Shown here: piece after piece, positions 9,431-18,693 of the stretch
How positions within the stretch are numbered: the stretch's first letter is position 1
Layout of the letters: each line of letters starts with the position of its first letter
Virus record (IMG/VR): IMGVR_UViG_3300021962_000046
Location: 32,001 to 96,000 of that record
Length of the DNA stretch: 64,000 bases
Strand: one strand, 5' to 3'
From: a virus
Notes under the pieces: model-generated
Told to the model about the DNA's origin: nothing
Seen by the model: the letters and a program-made list of their open reading frames with translations, nothing else
Databases searched by the model: none
Translations under genes and position numbers: made by a program

Positions 9431-11737
9431 TTAACCAAGCATTTCATCAATTTCATCATCAGAATCACCAGCATCAAAAGCTTCTACATCTGGTGATTCC
9501 GTTGCATCTATGGCACTCATAAATGGTTCCAAATATGCAAGAACTTCTTCTTTTGTATTGGCATCAATCAATTTAGGACAATCAATCAATACCTGAATTG
9601 GAACATCATTTCTTTCAATAGAAGACTTAAATTTATATTCTTCTTCTGTTGATGCGTATTCTGGCTTGACTTTAAAGTTGCCAGCACCAGAGGCAATTAT
9701 TCTTTCAGCATCAAGCAAAGCACCCAGCAATCCTCCCAGAGGATTCATGCCTTTTTCAAAAAACAAAGGAATGTTTTCTATCTCAATAAATGGTCTCACA
9801 TTCCTGTTTTTCTTGTTGCTAATCTTTATGTTGATGCCGATGCTTTTCTTCTTAGCCAAACCCGGAACCTTCTGTTCAATCTTCTTTTGGGTTTGTGTTC
9901 GGAAGCGAAGAGACGCATAGAATGGAAGTGCATTTCCACCGCCTGCGGTTGTTTCTGGAGAATTATGAACAATTGCACCATCAACTACATAAGTGTGATT
10001 ATCCTCGATTGCAAGATCAAATTTAACCTTAGATTTAGTTGCTGGCTTCTCATGAATAGCAAGAACCATTGATTTTGCTACATCATAAAGCACAGAATCT
10101 TCATCCACTTCTTGAATTTCATAATTGAATTTACCATGAAAATCTGGATGAATCTTATATTGCATAGAATCTGGCACAAATTGAGCAATCATGCTATGCA
10201 ATTTATAAGTATTCTCAGCATCAAATATAAAACCTTTCTTGTCAATTTTAGCTTTCAAACCAAATTTCTTTTCAAAAATAGGAAGCATGTTTTTCATGTT
10301 TTTGAATTTTACACAACACAAACGAGCCTTGCCCTTGCCCCATTTTGCATAATTTCCACCATAAGTGCCATCATCCAAATACCAAATTGCAAGAGCAAGC
10401 AATCCAATCTTTTCAAATGCAATTTGTGGGATCACACAATCTCTGTTTTCCTGACCCCATTTATATTTTGATTTTCTAAAACCGAATTTGTTCAATTCAG
10501 GCATTGGGATTGTATCAAATCCAACTCTGCGCTCTTCAGAGTAAGAATAACCAACCCAAGGCGACAAAATAGATTCCTTCCATAGACAATATTCTGCTTG
10601 TTTTAACCCATGATTGATTCTTAATTGGGTTGCAGAATAGTTCTTTTTGCCAGTCCTTAGACTGCCATCTCCCAAAATTGAACCAATAACAACTTGTTCT
10701 TGTTCTTGAGTCAAATACTTAGGCTGAACTTGTGCCAGAGTATCACCGATTTTAATTTCACCGGCTGGTTTTTCAATAATTTTATCATCCTCCCACACAA
10801 ACATCATGTGGTTAGGTGTTGCTCCAAATTGTGATACACCATTTCCCCAAGGCTTTGTAGCAGTAAATTGCAAAAATTTCTGTCCTTCTTGCAAATTACC
10901 GTTATTGTGCCAAGCAATAACTTTCTTGGGTTCTACAACACCAGTTTTGGTATTATAAGATAATACTTCAACTGGAATCTTTTGATTGACAATTTTGCCA
11001 ATTTTCATGGTACTACCATCTGCCAACATTACCCTGCTTGAATAATGAAAGCACCCATACATAATTCCAATTTTTTCCCTAATTTGGTTCATAATAACAA
11101 CAGAAACATTATTTTCTTCCATTACTGTATTTAATTTACGAAGCTCTTTAGAACAGATCTTGGCTCTTTCTCCAGGTTGCTCATTGGCACCCACGATTTT
11201 TTTAAACTGTTCTTTGGTATATCCTTCAGGAAGATCAACTTCCCTGAACTCTCTGGAGCAAGGACTGACAGAGATAGAATCATAAACAATAACAATAGGC
11301 TTATCAGCATACTTTTTATTTGAACGAATATGCTCGATTGCCCTATACATCACATGAAAACATTTCTCCAAAGTTTCAGGTGTGTATCTGACGATCTTGT
11401 TCAAATCGGCATGGCTTGCTTTTTTAATAAAATCTTTATTAATAGCATTTTCACTATCAATAAGAATTGGAACACCACCAAGCTTTTGGCATCCAAACAG
11501 CAAGTTTGTTCCCAGTAAAGATTTAGAAGAAGCACTAGGCCCATAAATCTCAGTCAGCCTTCCACCCGGAACGCCACCATTTATGAATCTTCCTGAACAA
11601 CAATAATTAATAGCTAAATTTCCTGTATCAATAAAATACTTGCTTTCTTTTTCACCCTCTCCAACAACCTCACCGCCTGTTTCATTGGCTAAGGTTGAAA
11701 AAATATCATCATCAGTTTCTTTCTTTTGACGAGCCAT
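9431..11737 (-). CDS. uvsX: RecA/UvsX recombinase interrupted by an intein
   Basis: IDTGNLAIN, GGVPGGRLTEIYGPSASSKS, IDSE, YDSIS, NQIREKIG, PETTAGGGNALPFYASLR. Start likely MARQKK (11737). Confidence 0.92.
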   Translation of the reverse strand: MARQKKETDDDIFSTLANETGGEVVGEGEKESKYFIDTGNLAINYCCSGRFINGGVPGGRLTEIYGPSASSKSLLGTNLLFGCQKLGGVPILIDSENAINKDFIKKASHADLNKIVRYTPETLEKCFHVMYRAIEHIRSNKKYADKPIVIVYDSISVSPCSREFREVDLPEGYTKEQFKKIVGANEQPGERAKICSKELRKLNTVMEENNVSVVIMNQIREKIGIMYGCFHYSSRVMLADGSTMKIGKIVNQKIPVEVLSYNTKTGVVEPKKVIAWHNNGNLQEGQKFLQFTATKPWGNGVSQFGATPNHMMFVWEDDKIIEKPAGEIKIGDTLAQVQPKYLTQEQEQVVIGSILGDGSLRTGKKNYSATQLRINHGLKQAEYCLWKESILSPWVGYSYSEERRVGFDTIPMPELNKFGFRKSKYKWGQENRDCVIPQIAFEKIGLLALAIWYLDDGTYGGNYAKWGKGKARLCCVKFKNMKNMLPIFEKKFGLKAKIDKKGFIFDAENTYKLHSMIAQFVPDSMQYKIHPDFHGKFNYEIQEVDEDSVLYDVAKSMVLAIHEKPATKSKVKFDLAIEDNHTYVVDGAIVHNSPETTAGGGNALPFYASLRFRTQTQKKIEQKVPGLAKKKSIGINIKISNKKNRNVRPFIEIENIPLFFEKGMNPLGGLLGALLDAERIIASGAGNFKVKPEYASTEEEYKFKSSIERNDVPIQVLIDCPKLIDANTKEEVLAYLEPFMSAIDATESPDVEAFDAGDSDDEIDEMLG
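9962..11053 (-). mobile_element. Intein with LAGLIDADG homing endonuclease (364 aa) at the RecA-b site
   Basis: Junctions KIGIMYG|CFHYSSRV and GAIVHN|SPETT; block B ATPNH; LAGLIDADG-like blocks IGSILGDGS and LAIWYLDDG. Confidence 0.95.
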
Positions 11738-11795
11738 AAAACACCTCTTTTGATTTGCTTGCAACCCAAATTTATAACTTAAAAATGAACACGAA

Positions 11796-11829
11796 GAGAC
11801 ACCCCATACATTAATGCATAGGGTGTCTC
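11796..11829 (-). terminator. Stem-loop after the SSB gene (terminator or processing site)
   Basis: gagacaccc...gggtgtctc inverted repeat. Confidence 0.55.
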
Positions 11830-11840
11830 AATTGATTGGA

Positions 11841-12815
11841 TTAACCGTCTGCTATTCCTTCCAAAGCTTTTTGGAAGTCATCGTCGATAACATCATCTTC
11901 TTCGGTCAAAACCTTTTTGGGCTGTACTTTCACAACCTCTTCTTTGACAGCTGCTGCCTTTTGAGTTGGTGCGGAAGTTTTCTTTTCTTCCCAATCAGAA
12001 GTTGATTCTGACTGACCACCACTAAAGAAAACCTTAACGGCTTTCTTCACTTCAGTAACTGGCAGCAATGCTCTCAACGAATCAAGATCATGCATATTTT
12101 CAAGCCAAATCTTGATTTGCTCATCTGTTCCCAAAGGACTTGGATCTTCAAAAGATGATTGGTCATACTTGGGGTATTCCATGCCGGAAGTACCCTTCGT
12201 AATCTTCTTGACCAATCTGAAATCTCTTCCAGTTACTGGATGAGTGACATTGCCCAGCTTTTTACGACCAGTAAGCTCACTACCATTAATCGATTCAAGA
12301 ATAATGGCCTGAAGAGTCTTACCGCAGCTGAGAATCTTAGGGCCGACATTCTTTTCGACAGTACCAGTCTTGGTATTGACCTGTTGTCGGACAATCACAT
12401 TCCAGTAATACCTTTCTACAGGCTTAATGCTTCTAGCCTGAGACTCCATGCGAATTTTCTCTTCGCCATGAAGGTTATTACTGATCTTCCAAAGTCTGCT
12501 GTACTCTTGGCAAACAGGACAATCCAAATCATGATTATTGCTTGGATTAATCCATTGCAAACCTCTTGAAGGAATGTTTACTCTGCTGCGAAGGCAATGA
12601 TAGGTTTTGGAATTAGGATAAGTTCCTAATGTGTGGATTCTTGTTGAGCAGAAAAGAGACTTGCCTTTTTGAGGGGGCAAAAACCTTAATAAAACATACC
12701 CGTCTTTTTCGGGCATTTTGACATAGTTGTCCATCACATTATTTTCTTTTGCGATGGCAGAGGCTTCTAAGCCAATCTGTCCCATGTCAATATCTTCAAA
12801 CTCGTAACTTGCCAT
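11841..12815 (-). CDS. gp32-like single-stranded DNA-binding protein
   Basis: LLRFLPP, Zn-ligand-like H..C...CPVC, RYYWNVIVR, GRDFRL, YPKYDQSSF, acidic C-terminal tail; adjacent to uvsX. Confidence 0.85.
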   Translation of the reverse strand: MASYEFEDIDMGQIGLEASAIAKENNVMDNYVKMPEKDGYVLLRFLPPQKGKSLFCSTRIHTLGTYPNSKTYHCLRSRVNIPSRGLQWINPSNNHDLDCPVCQEYSRLWKISNNLHGEEKIRMESQARSIKPVERYYWNVIVRQQVNTKTGTVEKNVGPKILSCGKTLQAIILESINGSELTGRKKLGNVTHPVTGRDFRLVKKITKGTSGMEYPKYDQSSFEDPSPLGTDEQIKIWLENMHDLDSLRALLPVTEVKKAVKVFFSGGQSESTSDWEEKKTSAPTQKAAAVKEEVVKVQPKKVLTEEDDVIDDDFQKALEGIADG

Positions 12816-12951
12816 GATGTAACCTCGTTAAAAAAGTAAAAAAGTAAAAAATTGTAAACATTGTAAATGTGTTTTCACACAAAACAAAATTTTATTAGTC
12901 ATCACACACTTGTGCGACAACATAATTAATATACACACTCAAGAAAATTTT

Positions 12952-13356
12952 TCAAGCAGAATTTTCAGAATTATTTTCTTCTTCTTTTGCTAACTCTTCT
13001 GCTTTAACTACTTCTTCCATCTGTTTTGTCAGTTCACTAATATGTGTTACTGTTCCCGTCTTTCCTTCTTCAATTTGCTTGTGCGCTTCCTTTCTAACTT
13101 CATCCTCTTTTACATATTCCTCTTCTAGTGCTTCCAATATTTTCATATTGTTTTCTAATCTTTCTTTTATTTCCTCCTTGCTAAGTCCAAGATTTTGTTT
13201 TTGTGCAAACTCCTTTTCAAAAGCTTGCTCTCTTGTTTTTTCATCTTTTCTTTCTTGTCTCAATGCAGTCCTGCGCTCCAAAACCTTTTTGCGAACCAAC
13301 TTTTCTCTGGCTTTTCTTTTTTGAAATTTACTTTTGCTTTCACGCCTACCTGACAT
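12952..13356 (-). CDS. Hypothetical coiled-coil protein (basic N-terminus, acidic C-terminus)
   Basis: ORF; probable start MSGRRES at 13356. Confidence 0.6.
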   Translation of the reverse strand: MSGRRESKSKFQKRKAREKLVRKKVLERRTALRQERKDEKTREQAFEKEFAQKQNLGLSKEEIKERLENNMKILEALEEEYVKEDEVRKEAHKQIEEGKTGTVTHISELTKQMEEVVKAEELAKEEENNSENSA

Positions 13357-13370
13357 GATCAACCTCTCAT

Positions 13371-14189
13371 TCATCTTAGTTTTGGTACAGAATCTTTTAT
13401 AACACCCGACCAATTCAACCTGTCATCAACAAGACCGTTTCCACTTCTTGAATCCATTAGATCGCCACCAACCAAATTCTGATCAGCTGGGATAAAAAGC
13501 TCGTCAACAACTTTAACACGATTGTTTGTGTCATCAATCGTATCAATCATCATCCCAATGCCATTTGAAGAAAAGGTCTCATGAAAAACAGGATATTTTT
13601 TATTATATGTAAATTTATATGGAAATTTAACTCTGTCTTCTACTTTGCTTGGAGAAAACAAAACATACCTGAGTATTCTCTCTTGTTTTGCTTGTGGTCT
13701 ATTTCTTGGATCAACTAAATTAATATTCTGATTATGCTTCACAGGAACAAGATTTACAGCTGTAGGAGATGGCATAGGTGTATATTGACAAGTTGGTTCG
13801 CCAACAGGAATCATTGGCACACCATTGGATTCATCAATTTCCTCATCTGATTGAGGTAAATTTAAAATCCCAGTATTTGTAAATTTTTTATTCTTTATTA
13901 TAAAATCACTTTTATTTTGTTTAAAAGTAATTTTTTTCTTCTGGAACTCATAAATTTCAACATCAAATACAAATATATCTCTTCTTGCCATCTGTTGCAT
14001 GACGGCCTGTGCTAGATTTTCCAATGAAAAATCTTCATTTTGTTTACCGAAAGTTTTCTTAAGAATCTTCGGATTATCACGATCATAATCAAAAGAATCT
14101 TTCAATTTGTCGTAATAATGATATTGAACTTCAAATCCGATGGGACACCTCTTAAAACAATCAATAAAATAATTATAGTAAATTTTCAA
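13371..14189 (-). CDS. Hypothetical protein
   Basis: 272-aa ORF overlapping the dCMP deaminase stop, within the operon. Confidence 0.65.
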   Translation of the reverse strand: MKIYYNYFIDCFKRCPIGFEVQYHYYDKLKDSFDYDRDNPKILKKTFGKQNEDFSLENLAQAVMQQMARRDIFVFDVEIYEFQKKKITFKQNKSDFIIKNKKFTNTGILNLPQSDEEIDESNGVPMIPVGEPTCQYTPMPSPTAVNLVPVKHNQNINLVDPRNRPQAKQERILRYVLFSPSKVEDRVKFPYKFTYNKKYPVFHETFSSNGIGMMIDTIDDTNNRVKVVDELFIPADQNLVGGDLMDSRSGNGLVDDRLNWSGVIKDSVPKLR

Positions 14190-14764
14190 TCAAAATCAGA
14201 TTTATCAAGCTCAATTATTTCCACATTTGCCTTTTCAAACAAAAATCTACTACCTACCGAATAATCTTTTTCTTCTTTAAAACAATAAACTTTTTTGATA
14301 CCTGCATTAATCACAAGTTTTGTGCATTCAATACAAGGCACAGGACACCATGCAAACATAACACATCCATATAAATCAGTAGAAGCATTTATAATTGCAT
14401 TCGCTTCAGCATGAGCGCAACTACATAATTCCAATCTCTTTCCAGACCCTGCCTTAATCAATTTTCTGGGACAAACCTTACAATCTGTATATTTGTCCAA
14501 AAACTCACTTTGAGTCATAGGCTTCAATTCAATTAAAGAAACCTCGTTTTCAGTAAGTTGTGGCCACACTATCTTCTGAAGATGCTCCCTGCTATCACAA
14601 TGAGGAACATCTCTTGGTGGGCCATTGTAGCCCGTGCCAACTATCTTGTTGATTTTTTCATCAACAATCAATACACCTATTTTTCTTGAATAACATGGAT
14701 TGGATTCTTCTCCGAGAAGTTTTGCCAAACGCATGTATTTTTTAATAAATTTATCTTTAATCAT
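14186..14764 (-). CDS. dCMP deaminase
   Basis: TGYNGPP, HAEANA and PCIEC zinc motifs; start likely MIKDK. Confidence 0.92.
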   Translation of the reverse strand: MIKDKFIKKYMRLAKLLGEESNPCYSRKIGVLIVDEKINKIVGTGYNGPPRDVPHCDSREHLQKIVWPQLTENEVSLIELKPMTQSEFLDKYTDCKVCPRKLIKAGSGKRLELCSCAHAEANAIINASTDLYGCVMFAWCPVPCIECTKLVINAGIKKVYCFKEEKDYSVGSRFLFEKANVEIIELDKSDFD

Positions 14765-14765
14765 A

Positions 14766-15203
14766 TTAAAACTCACTAGGGAAATTTATATCAGAATTAA
14801 GCTTGCTCATTTCCTTGCGGATCATATGACCACGATTATGAGCATCCTCTCTAGCTGAATTAAGAGCATTTAAATGAGCATAAATCAAATCCTTGATGTA
14901 CTTTGCATCAAGATACTTTTGTTTCAAATCACATACCTCTGGATCTCCTTCGGCATACAAATCAGCTGTTTTGTCACTCTTACCATCCTCTTTATAAATT
15001 TTATATTTTTCAATATATTTTTGCTTGTGTTTCTGCTCCAATGAAGCAACCCATCTGATACACCTTGCATGACCTGCACCAACATAATCGATGATACCAG
15101 AAACCTTTTCAAAAAAAGGATTCAAGGTTGCATCCGAAAACTTGAGGTCATCGGTGTTCAATTCCCAATTCTCGTCATCAATAACAATCTTTTTAACTGG
15201 CAT
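14766..15203 (-). CDS. UvsY-like recombination mediator (putative)
   Basis: ~145-aa helical protein (ADLYAEGDPEVCDLKQKY...RGHMIR) in an operon with helicase, SSB and UvsX. Confidence 0.5.
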   Translation of the reverse strand: MPVKKIVIDDENWELNTDDLKFSDATLNPFFEKVSGIIDYVGAGHARCIRWVASLEQKHKQKYIEKYKIYKEDGKSDKTADLYAEGDPEVCDLKQKYLDAKYIKDLIYAHLNALNSAREDAHNRGHMIRKEMSKLNSDINFPSEF

Positions 15204-16704
15204 AATCTGACTCCTCATCAAACTCTGTGAAATCCGAATCCTTTTTAACTTTCCCGTCAACTGATACTTTGTCTGCCTTTGAGGCAGCTAAGTTATGCAT
15301 AGCCTTCCTGTATTCCTCTGCTGAACACTCTGTAATGTCAAGCGTTTGTTTGTTGTACTTGACGAAGAAACTAAATTTGCTACTGCCCGTTCTGTTTTTT
15401 GCCACATAAAATATACCATAACCCGCTTCAGTTTCATTGTCTTTCTGATTTATCGACCACATACCATCCAAAGTTTTGAATTGATCATAACTAGTACCGA
15501 TGACACCTTCATCTATCAGCTGATTTTCAGCAAGTTTTTTGGCTTCCTTGTTTGGCTGCATAGCTGTGAAGACACACATATTCTTCTCCCTAGCCATGCC
15601 ACGCAAATCACGCATGATTAAATATTTACTTTCATGAAGCGGTATTCCCGGCTTGTCTTTCATTTCACCCGGATAATCAACTATTAACAAGTCGGGAACG
15701 AAACCCGACAATTCTAACTGGGTCAAATAAGCTTTTATATCATCAATATCTGCCTGACCTGAAGGAAATTGCTTGATGATAAAACGACTTTTATCATCGT
15801 ATTCCTTGAGTATAGCATCTGTAGTTGATTGAATTATAGTCTTGTTATCCATGAGCGCATTGTGTTCAACCAGAGCAAACTGGCTGATAAAACGCTTGGC
15901 AACAGAAACCCAATCCATTTCAAGCGATATATAAACAGCCTTTTTGCCCATTTTTACATTTTCAACAGCACCTTTTGTAAGACATAAACTCTTGCCTTTA
16001 CCCGGCAATCCTATCCAAGCATAAATCTCACCACGCTTAGGCCCACCAGCAGCAATACTATTGTCAATTTTTGGAAAACCACTTGTGAATCTTTCCTCTG
16101 GGGAGACATCTTTTTGAAGCTCTTCAAACATTTGACTAATGTTGGGAAATAAATCAAAACCTAATTCAAAGTTTTTGTTTACATTCATTGCACCTTTGAA
16201 TTTTTCATAAACACGAGTCCACATTTCCTCATTTTCAGGATCTTTCTTCATCTCCTTTTGAAAATAATCAGCTGCAATACGCAAAGATTGCATTCTTGCG
16301 AAAACTAAAACCTTGTCCAAAAGAATCTTCCTTGATTCTGAATTCGGAACAAATGATTCATAAATGTTTTCAAGCTCAACTTTATAAAATGTTATTATTG
16401 ATTCTTGCCTGTCCTTAATCTTGTCCAGCATCAGTTTTTCAACAATAAACTTTTCTGGAATGCCGTTGTATTCTGCAAAATAATCATAAAGTATTTTTGC
16501 GATTACAACATGGCTTTCCATAGTGAAGTAATCTGGTTCAATCAAAGCTTTTGCTTGAACCAGAAAATGCTTGTCTGTCATCAATAAAGCAAGAATACGC
16601 CGTTGGAAATTTTCATCCCAACGGTATTTGAGTTTTTGTGTTTCGGCTGATGCTGGGGATAAGCTGTCGATGATCTTCTTTTGTTCTTCAGAAAGACCAG
16701 ACAT
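15193..16704 (-). CDS. DnaB/gp41-like replicative helicase
   Basis: TSGFPKID, GLPGKGKS, YISLEM, LLIVDY, FTAMQ, VAKNRTG. Confidence 0.92.
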   Translation of the reverse strand: MSGLSEEQKKIIDSLSPASAETQKLKYRWDENFQRRILALLMTDKHFLVQAKALIEPDYFTMESHVVIAKILYDYFAEYNGIPEKFIVEKLMLDKIKDRQESIITFYKVELENIYESFVPNSESRKILLDKVLVFARMQSLRIAADYFQKEMKKDPENEEMWTRVYEKFKGAMNVNKNFELGFDLFPNISQMFEELQKDVSPEERFTSGFPKIDNSIAAGGPKRGEIYAWIGLPGKGKSLCLTKGAVENVKMGKKAVYISLEMDWVSVAKRFISQFALVEHNALMDNKTIIQSTTDAILKEYDDKSRFIIKQFPSGQADIDDIKAYLTQLELSGFVPDLLIVDYPGEMKDKPGIPLHESKYLIMRDLRGMAREKNMCVFTAMQPNKEAKKLAENQLIDEGVIGTSYDQFKTLDGMWSINQKDNETEAGYGIFYVAKNRTGSSKFSFFVKYNKQTLDITECSAEEYRKAMHNLAASKADKVSVDGKVKKDSDFTEFDEESDYAS

Positions 16705-16707
16705 TTT

Positions 16708-17268
16708 TTATCCCCCATAAACCAAGTAATCGTGATCGGACAAACTAACTTGTCCACTTCTGACAGGTTTTTCTCTTGTTATCTTTTTACCAAGATTCCT
16801 CTGAGCATTCCAGATGATTTGTTTACAATATGTAAAAAATTTAGTGTCAAATATCAAACTCTTCGTTTTTTGGGGCAATTCATCTGGATTTAAATATATT
16901 AAACAAATCTTGCCCAACAAGTCTTCTTGATAATCACCAAACTTCTGCCTGTTTGCTCCATGTCGGGTTCTGTTGTGCCATAAATTTTGCAGTTCATCTA
17001 TTATCATTCTCACAACATGATTGATTTTTTTGTTTCTTAACTTCTCAAAACAAGAGTCTATGTAAACCTGCCTCTTGTAATAAGAGCCTGCACGAATAAC
17101 AGATACCATCAATTCCTGATTGAAATCATCCAGATCGAATTGATGATTGTTTGCCGAGTTCTTTCGGTTCAACTGCCAAGATGCGTAATAACACAATTGA
17201 CCAAACTTCTTATCCAACAAATTGTACTCATCTGCGTTTATTGGAAAATTCTTGTATATAGAACTCAA
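16708..17268 (-). CDS. Putative sigma-70 region-2-like protein
   Basis: DLDDFNQELMVSVIRA ... KFFTYCKQIIWN...RNL resembles sigma regions 2.2-2.4 with an insertion. Confidence 0.45.
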   Translation of the reverse strand: MSSIYKNFPINADEYNLLDKKFGQLCYYASWQLNRKNSANNHQFDLDDFNQELMVSVIRAGSYYKRQVYIDSCFEKLRNKKINHVVRMIIDELQNLWHNRTRHGANRQKFGDYQEDLLGKICLIYLNPDELPQKTKSLIFDTKFFTYCKQIIWNAQRNLGKKITREKPVRSGQVSLSDHDYLVYGG

Positions 17269-18581
17269 TTTTTCGCCTTTCTCTTTAGTTTCTGCATTTT
17301 GTCCAAACTTTTACCAGCCATAACCGATACGGAAAGTTTTAACTCAGGTATCAATTCTGTTTGTTTTTCCAAAATACTTCTGGCAGCCATATATGCGTCT
17401 TGCATATCTTTTTGCCTGACTGCCAGACAATAACCATCATGAACGCTGTAAACAATCTGATACAAATTGCTACTCTGCTTGTATAATTTTACCAAAGATT
17501 CCAAACAAATCAAAGCAGCAGGTGATTGAATTGCAAAATTCCTTGCCTTATAAGATTCTTTTGAATCAAAAAATCTTTTTCTACCAAATTTGTCTTTTAC
17601 AAATTCATTCTTGGATGCCAAATCTTGATGCCCCTCAACATAGTCAAAACTTTTACTAAAAGTTTTTCTTACTATATCAAAATAGATTTGTGCTTGATCG
17701 AATGATATTTCTAGATTTCTGGCAAGACCGGCTGCTGTTTGTCCATATATAATCGGCAAAAATGTTTTTTTTGCTATATCTTTTGCATTTTCGCTGGCTA
17801 CATTAAACACCTTTTGAAAAATAATCTCATAAACAGAATCAGAATTATTATTGATTATATCTTGCAACACCTCATCCTCTGCAAGACAGGCAAGAACACC
17901 TACTTCCATGCTTCGATAATCAAATTGAAAAAAGATATGATCTTGATTTAACAATCTAAAATTCGACTTGTAATCACCCAAAGAATGCGGGTTGTAACAA
18001 CGCTTCATCTCACAACTACATGACAACCTGCCGTTTTCTTGACCCTCAATGTGATAGTTCGGATAAACCAATTGACCTATATTATCATCTATCAAACAAT
18101 AACTCTCTATAGCTGGAATAACTTCGCAAATAATCGGCTGAAAAACCTTCTTGTAAATGCTTATCAACACCTTGTTGGTAACCCATTCCTTAAAATGCCT
18201 TTCTTGCCTTGAAATTTCGCTTATAGACGATTCTTTTGCCAAATATGACTCGTACCACAATAAATCAAAAACATTCTTTAAAACGATGTTTTTGCCAGTC
18301 AGGCGGGTAAAGAGGGTGAATATCTGTTTCCAGTCATGTCCAATCAGAGGAATGTTCTTCTTGGATACAAAAGCTTCAAATAATTTAAGGAATAAAAACA
18401 CATTTTCGGAATGAAGATTCATTTGAACCATTTTGCCAGAAATGGTTTCTATCTTGAATTTGACGAATATCTTGGATTTGCTGGTAGAATCTATTTTCTC
18501 TGGATTCCAAGAACAAAAAATGTAACTCTCTGATTTCAATAATTCATCCAAGGATCTGCTCAAATCTTCAAGGTTGGCCAT
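17265..18581 (-). CDS. Compact family A DNA polymerase (thumb-less, degenerate 3'-5' exonuclease)
   Basis: ENGRLS; motif A FDYRSMEVGVLA; motif B AKKTFLPIIYG; FGRKR; ARNFAIQS; motif C VHDG. Confidence 0.85.
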   Translation of the reverse strand: MANLEDLSRSLDELLKSESYIFCSWNPEKIDSTSKSKIFVKFKIETISGKMVQMNLHSENVFLFLKLFEAFVSKKNIPLIGHDWKQIFTLFTRLTGKNIVLKNVFDLLWYESYLAKESSISEISRQERHFKEWVTNKVLISIYKKVFQPIICEVIPAIESYCLIDDNIGQLVYPNYHIEGQENGRLSCSCEMKRCYNPHSLGDYKSNFRLLNQDHIFFQFDYRSMEVGVLACLAEDEVLQDIINNNSDSVYEIIFQKVFNVASENAKDIAKKTFLPIIYGQTAAGLARNLEISFDQAQIYFDIVRKTFSKSFDYVEGHQDLASKNEFVKDKFGRKRFFDSKESYKARNFAIQSPAALICLESLVKLYKQSSNLYQIVYSVHDGYCLAVRQKDMQDAYMAARSILEKQTELIPELKLSVSVMAGKSLDKMQKLKRKAKN

Positions 18582-18693
18582 CAGAAGTTCACCTCAGTTC
18601 TGTTTCCACTTAACCTAACATAGAAGCCCCAAAAAACACAAATAAGTACTGGAAATAATAATCTACAAAATTTATCTTTTATATGTCCATACC

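Noticed and set aside
11515-11545. RecA Walker A reads GPSASSKS rather than GxxxxGKT, suggesting an inactive ATPase
   Set aside because: T4-type UvsX proteins also lack the Gly before the Lys, so this is within normal family variation.
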